Shown: positions 59,317 to 64,000 of the stretch, one piece after another
Layout of the letters: each line of letters begins with the position of its first letter
Numbering within the stretch: the stretch's first letter is position 1
Assembly (NCBI GenBank): GCA_963662795.1
Contig: OY759746.1
Location: forward strand, 2,208,001 to 2,272,000
Source: Spirochaetia bacterium
GTDB taxonomy: Bacteria > Spirochaetota > Spirochaetia > CADAEX01
DNA length: 64,000 bases
Reading direction: 5' to 3'
Translations under genes and position numbers: made by a program
Notes under the pieces: generated by a model
The model's database searches: none
Seen by the model: the letters and a program-made list of their open reading frames with translations, nothing else
What the model was told of the DNA's origin: nothing

Positions 59317-60570
59317 TTAAAATAACTCAAAATCGTTATTACTCCTCTGCAGGTCAATTTTTTCAGCTAGCCCCAGACTTTTAATGGCAACTTCCAAAGC
59401 GTCTAACTCCCTGGAAGTTGTAAGCCGTTTGCGAAACCGTTCTATACTGTCAGTTTCCCTGAATTCAACATTTGATCCCTGGTGGTTTCGGATGAGTTCT
59501 GTTAACATTTTTAAAAAATCTTCCGTGACAAGATCAAGATTTTCCACTTCCTGAATAATTATTGCATGAAGCATTGACAGGGGAAAAAGATCATTCATGT
59601 TTCCTTCCAGTCCTTTAATAAACTGAAGTATTCCTGAATACAGATTCTTGAATTGACTGTAATGTCTGATAATGATTTCATTAAGATCATTAAAGGTTTC
59701 TTTTTCTTCATGGACCATGGTGGTAAGGCTGTTTTTATTATCCTCAAGTTCCAGGTAGACAGAGCTGAATATCCCCTTGCTTGAATCCGCAGTGACTCTG
59801 ATATCCTTGAGAAATTTCTGAGTCTCGTGAGCCAGTTTCTGTATTTCGTTGGCTATTACTTTAAAACCATTGCCCTTAACTCCAGCCCGGGCCGACTCAA
59901 TTGAAGCATTAATGGATAAAATATGAACACGCTCTGCTATGTCGGAAATATCACCTGTGAGTTTAAAAATGGAATCAAGGACAGCTTTGAGGCTTTTAAA
60001 TTTATTTTCAAAAACAGTAAAAGCATCAACAGATTTTTGGGCAACCAGATTTATATCAACCTGTAATTTATCTACATTGCCCGTCATTATATCAAGAGAG
60101 GATGAATTTATGATCTCCTGATCATGTTCCTGAACCTGTGCTATAAAATCTTTCATACCTGTTTTAATGACAACAAGACTCTCAGACATGGGTTCAGTGG
60201 TTTTATTCAGGTAGTCAACAATGCTTTTGAAAAGTGAGGGTATTGCTTTTTCATAAACCCCTATTTCCCCGATTAATACAGGACTTATTTTTTCAAGTTC
60301 CTCACTGTATCCGTTTCCCTGGATTGGTATTTTTTCGGTTACAGGTGGAGCTATCTCCTGTTTAATTGATGACACCTCTGTTTGATTAGTCTGTGGAATA
60401 TATCCAGGTAAAGGTATGCGGATTAACAAAAAAATACCCGTAATGCCTGTAATGAACGATAAAACAGACAGAACCAGAGCAAATGTATTAATAGTCCCTA
60501 AATAAAAAACAACAAGCGCTTCAAGTCCGGTTAGCCCTGTTACAGCTAATAATATCGCCCAATTTTTCAA
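59317..60570 (-). CDS. Atypical MCP-signalling-domain protein (two N-terminal TMs, no sensor, C-terminal DFELF)
   Basis: ISDIAERVHILSINASIESARAGVKGNGFKVIANEIQKLA hairpin tip; short helical arms. Confidence 0.8.
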   Translation of the reverse strand: MKNWAILLAVTGLTGLEALVVFYLGTINTFALVLSVLSFITGITGIFLLIRIPLPGYIPQTNQTEVSSIKQEIAPPVTEKIPIQGNGYSEELEKISPVLIGEIGVYEKAIPSLFKSIVDYLNKTTEPMSESLVVIKTGMKDFIAQVQEHDQEIINSSSLDIMTGNVDKLQVDINLVAQKSVDAFTVFENKFKSLKAVLDSIFKLTGDISDIAERVHILSINASIESARAGVKGNGFKVIANEIQKLAHETQKFLKDIRVTADSSKGIFSSVYLELEDNKNSLTTMVHEEKETFNDLNEIIIRHYSQFKNLYSGILQFIKGLEGNMNDLFPLSMLHAIIIQEVENLDLVTEDFLKMLTELIRNHQGSNVEFRETDSIERFRKRLTTSRELDALEVAIKSLGLAEKIDLQRSNNDFELF

Positions 60571-62663
60571 TTATCAGCCTCCAGTAAGCTGAGTTCTATT
60601 ATCTGGTCCACATCCAGAACAAGACCTATCTTTCCTCCACCCAGAACTGTCCCTGAAGTTACTCCTTTCATTTTTTTGAACCGGGAGCCCAACGATTTTA
60701 TGACAACTTCCCTTTTGGCAATAATCTCATCCACCAGAAGAAGAAATTTTCTTTTATCGGAACTTTCAGTTAATATTCCAATTACATTTTGCTCCGGAGG
60801 TGGGGGACTCATCCCTAATACCTGATGCATCCGCAGTACCAAGACAACACCTCCCCTCATGTCTATCATTTCTACTTTTCCATTTATTGTGTAAATCCTG
60901 GAGGTATTTACTTTAAATGCCTCAATTACAGAGCTGATAGGAAAAATAAAGAGATTTTCCCCAATCCGTGAAATCATCCCATCAATAATTGCTGTGCTTA
61001 AGGGAAAAGAAAGGTGAAAATAGGTGTAATTTCCCGGTTTGGTTTCAATTTCAATCTTTCCGCGATTATTTGCGATTGCCGAACGGACAATATCCATACC
61101 TACACCGCGCCCTGATATAAGATCAATATTTTCACGGGTACTGAATCCTGAGGTAAATATTAGCCCGTGTACCTGGGAATCACTCATTGATTCAGCTGCT
61201 TCGGGCCGTATAAATCCCTTGGCAATTGCTTTTGCAAGGATTTTTTCCCGGCTCAGTCCTGCTCCATCATCACCTATGGTTATAACAATAATATTCCCCA
61301 GCCTTTTAGCTCCAAGAAATATTGTACCCTGGGGATCCTTTCCAGCCTGTTGTCTGATTTCCGTTGTTTCAATTCCATGATCCAAAGAGTTCCGAATCAG
61401 GTGGATCAGCGGTTCTTCTAGTTTTTCAATAAGATTCCTGTCAATTTCCAGATCCTCTCCAAATATTTCCAGTTTGACCGGTTTATTGAGTTTTTTACTT
61501 AAATCCCTGATAACCCGCTTGATGTTACTGAACAGGGTCTGAACTGTTTCTGTACGCAATTCCATTGCACCGAACTGGATGCTGCGGGTGATTTTTCTCA
61601 TCTGAACAAGCGCAGGAGTATTTTCTGTTATCTGTCCCATGGAAATCAGAAGCTCTCCAATCATATCTACCAGAAAGTTGACCTTGGATGCCCGAACCTT
61701 AATAATCGGGTCTGTGGTTGCAATTTCGGAACGGCTCTGAACCGGTGCTTCTGTTTTTTGTTTTCCAAGGGTTTCCTGAAGTTCCTGGGATGTAAGATAA
61801 TTCTCTACTACGGCTATTTCTCCGAATTTTTTTGTATATGCCGATTCTTTCTGTTTTTGAAGAATCTGCTCCTTATCTGTTTCATTCAGTTTACCTTCCT
61901 GGACCAGGATATTGCCAAGGGCTGATTTTGTCTGATATGAGAGTTGCTCAAGTTTCTGAAAGTATAAATCCATTGAAACATTGCTGGAAACAAGATAGTC
62001 CCCGGTTTTAAGTTTATTGACAATCTGCAGGGACATATCCAGTCCTTCAAGGAGCATTTCTATTATTTCAGAATTCGGTTCCAGTTTTTTACTTCTGAGA
62101 GAGTCAAGCAAATTTTCAATGTTGTGTGTTAATTCTCCCAGAGAAGCAATTTTAAGAAAACCGCATTCACCTTTAATTGTATGAAACACACGGAAAAGCT
62201 TATTTATCAGATCAAGATTTGTAAAATCCTGTTCAAGATCAAGTATCAGTGTCTGGGCCTGAACCAGCCGGTCAGACGCCTCGGCGATAAATATCTGAAA
62301 TGATTCATCATCATGATAAATACCTGAAGCCTGTATACCCTCCCTTATTGTGCTGCCAATTAATTTTTTCATCCGCTCTTTTAAATCCTTAACAGCGTCA
62401 GGTGAGCTGTCTGGATCCATACACTGGAGAAGATCAATACCCTGGGTTAAATTATCCATAAAACCGGGTTGTCCTGCCTTGTTCATCTCGGCTCTGATTA
62501 AATTCAAAAGCCATTGAATCAACTCATAGGGCTCTTCCTGTTCAAGATAAAAATCTGTTAGAAGAGCGACGGAATCCTCAATGTCTGAAAGAAGCAAAAA
62601 ATCTCCTGTGTCATAATTCAATAAAGCATTGGTGATAACATTAAACTGTTCTTCACGATTCAT
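60567..62663 (-). CDS. cheA: Chemotaxis histidine kinase CheA
   Basis: FRVFHTIKG (Hpt), HLIRNSLDHG, DDGAGL, GFST, SGRGVGMD, C-terminal CheW domain. Confidence 0.95.
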   Translation of the reverse strand: MNREEQFNVITNALLNYDTGDFLLLSDIEDSVALLTDFYLEQEEPYELIQWLLNLIRAEMNKAGQPGFMDNLTQGIDLLQCMDPDSSPDAVKDLKERMKKLIGSTIREGIQASGIYHDDESFQIFIAEASDRLVQAQTLILDLEQDFTNLDLINKLFRVFHTIKGECGFLKIASLGELTHNIENLLDSLRSKKLEPNSEIIEMLLEGLDMSLQIVNKLKTGDYLVSSNVSMDLYFQKLEQLSYQTKSALGNILVQEGKLNETDKEQILQKQKESAYTKKFGEIAVVENYLTSQELQETLGKQKTEAPVQSRSEIATTDPIIKVRASKVNFLVDMIGELLISMGQITENTPALVQMRKITRSIQFGAMELRTETVQTLFSNIKRVIRDLSKKLNKPVKLEIFGEDLEIDRNLIEKLEEPLIHLIRNSLDHGIETTEIRQQAGKDPQGTIFLGAKRLGNIIVITIGDDGAGLSREKILAKAIAKGFIRPEAAESMSDSQVHGLIFTSGFSTRENIDLISGRGVGMDIVRSAIANNRGKIEIETKPGNYTYFHLSFPLSTAIIDGMISRIGENLFIFPISSVIEAFKVNTSRIYTINGKVEMIDMRGGVVLVLRMHQVLGMSPPPPEQNVIGILTESSDKRKFLLLVDEIIAKREVVIKSLGSRFKKMKGVTSGTVLGGGKIGLVLDVDQIIELSLLEADN

Positions 62664-62799
62664 GGATAATCCTTGTTTTTAGAAAAATATGAAGTATTAT
62701 TTTTAGCAAAAACAAACATCAATAAATGATTGATCTGTTTTCAATATCTTTCTCTTAACGTAAAATTAGTATTATCAGGCAATACAATACGCCTAATAA

Positions 62800-63999
62800 T
62801 TATTCGAATGCTAAATGATAAATACATTCCTCATCATATATTTTTCTGAAATTTTCTGAATTTAACGGTTCCCCCAGAAAGAACCCTTGATATTGTGAAC
62901 AGCCTTTTCTTTTAAGAATCTTGAATTGCTTCTCTGACTCTATTCCTTTTGCTGCCACATCCAGGGATAATGTCTGAGCTAACGAAATAATCATTTCGAT
63001 TATTGCTAAAGTTTTCTTGCTTTCTCCTAAATAAGTAATAAATGATTTATCTATTTTTAAAATGTCTACTGGATAATCTTTTAACTTGGAGAGAGAAGAA
63101 GAACCAGTTCCAAAATCATCAATGGCAATTCGAATTCCCATCGCCTGCAGAATCTTTAAATTCTTGATTGATGCCTTATTGTTCTTCACCAATCCAATTT
63201 CGATAATTTCAATTTCAAGACTGATAGGGGATACCCCGAATGTACCTAATGCGTTAGAGATATCTTTCACAATATTACCGTTCTCTATCGAATATGGAGA
63301 AATATTTACTGCAACTGGGATGGATAAATGATTTTCCTGATTCCATGATTTAATCTGCTGGCAAGCATTAAAAACAACATACCGATCAATATCCAGTATC
63401 TGTCCTGTTTTTTCCGCGAATGAAATAAATTGATTTGGTTCTAGTAATCCGTGTGTTGGAGACTGCCAACGGATCAGGGCTTCAATTTTACATAATTTCC
63501 CCAAATTATTGAATATGGGCTGATAATGTAATATAAACTCCTGGTTATCAAAAGCTTTCTCAATTTCCCATTTTAAAATATAAGGAAAGACTAATAAGTT
63601 TTGGGATTTCTTACTGAATATCTCATGAAAATTAAACCCTTTTCCCATTTTTTCAGATAAAGCATATTTGCATATTTTAGCTTTACCTTTTGTCGGATGT
63701 GGATAATAGGGTAGAAGTGATCTCTCCAGATTAAGAGTCACTTTAACCGATTCATTATCCCTTATAAGGTGGTATGAAAATATTTCAGTAACCCTTTTTT
63801 CAATACTATCGATATCTTTTTGAAAGTTGATATTTTCGAATAAAAGCAGATAATCATTAGATGTTATCCGACACATTGTATCGTTTTGTCTGTATATGCT
63901 TTGCAGCTTGTTAGCCGTTAATGATAATAAGTCATCATTAATTGTTTTTATTTCTTTTCCAGTTTGAGATTTGTAATATTTAAAATTCAAAGCCATTAT
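62800..63999 (-). CDS. GGDEF(degenerate)-EAL domain protein, 5' end probably outside the window
   Basis: ILHYQPI, EALIRW, VAVNIS, AIDDFGTG, LKIDKSF, QGF; GGDEF replaced by TSNDY; frame is open to the window edge. Confidence 0.85.
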   Translation of the reverse strand: MMALNFKYYKSQTGKEIKTINDDLLSLTANKLQSIYRQNDTMCRITSNDYLLLFENINFQKDIDSIEKRVTEIFSYHLIRDNESVKVTLNLERSLLPYYPHPTKGKAKICKYALSEKMGKGFNFHEIFSKKSQNLLVFPYILKWEIEKAFDNQEFILHYQPIFNNLGKLCKIEALIRWQSPTHGLLEPNQFISFAEKTGQILDIDRYVVFNACQQIKSWNQENHLSIPVAVNISPYSIENGNIVKDISNALGTFGVSPISLEIEIIEIGLVKNNKASIKNLKILQAMGIRIAIDDFGTGSSSLSKLKDYPVDILKIDKSFITYLGESKKTLAIIEMIISLAQTLSLDVAAKGIESEKQFKILKRKGCSQYQGFFLGEPLNSENFRKIYDEECIYHLAFE

Positions 64000-64000
64000 C

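Noticed and set aside
96-63331. Numerous short overlapping or antisense ORFs in the six-frame track (e.g. 729-1223, 18126-18728, 46910-47470, 51568-52056)
   Set aside because: They lie opposite or inside well-supported genes and show no recognisable motifs; treated as shadow ORFs.
1-64000. CRISPR array or rRNA genes
   Set aside because: No regularly spaced 25-40 bp repeats with unique spacers, no cas-like ORFs and no rRNA-like sequence seen by eye.

Overview
Chromosomal window from an anaerobic bacterium, most likely a free-living spirochaete (inferred from 'FAAGQGE'-type solute-binding signal peptides, an Lsa36-like surface protein and spirochaete-type lipoproteins). From left to right: (1) a Hyf/Ehr-type membrane complex whose large subunit lacks Ni-binding cysteines; (2) tRNA-Arg and tRNA-Pro, nth, an MntR/DtxR regulator and an Hpt-REC-REC-GGDEF cyclase; (3) a candidate LysR regulon with a PbfA-like PLP enzyme, two orphan TAXI binding proteins and a saccharopine/lysine-6-dehydrogenase-like enzyme, where two promoters share an identical operator-promoter layout; (4) housekeeping genes (cls, rpmB, recQ, queH, nudC, dGTPase-like); (5) a group B [FeFe]-hydrogenase and a decaying copper locus; (6) an AT-rich DeoR/TctCBA/SDR/ThDP-enzyme/SDR island entered through an IS481 remnant and flanked by a Toa-like transaminase and a SauS-like acylating aldehyde dehydrogenase; (7) a Na+-pumping acyl-CoA decarboxylase operon; (8) an internally deleted integrase followed by a chemosensory block whose CheA carries an MshEN-like repeat, next to a doubly degenerate GGDEF-EAL gene. 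No rRNA or CRISPR array was seen. All family assignments come from motif recognition by eye, with no database search.
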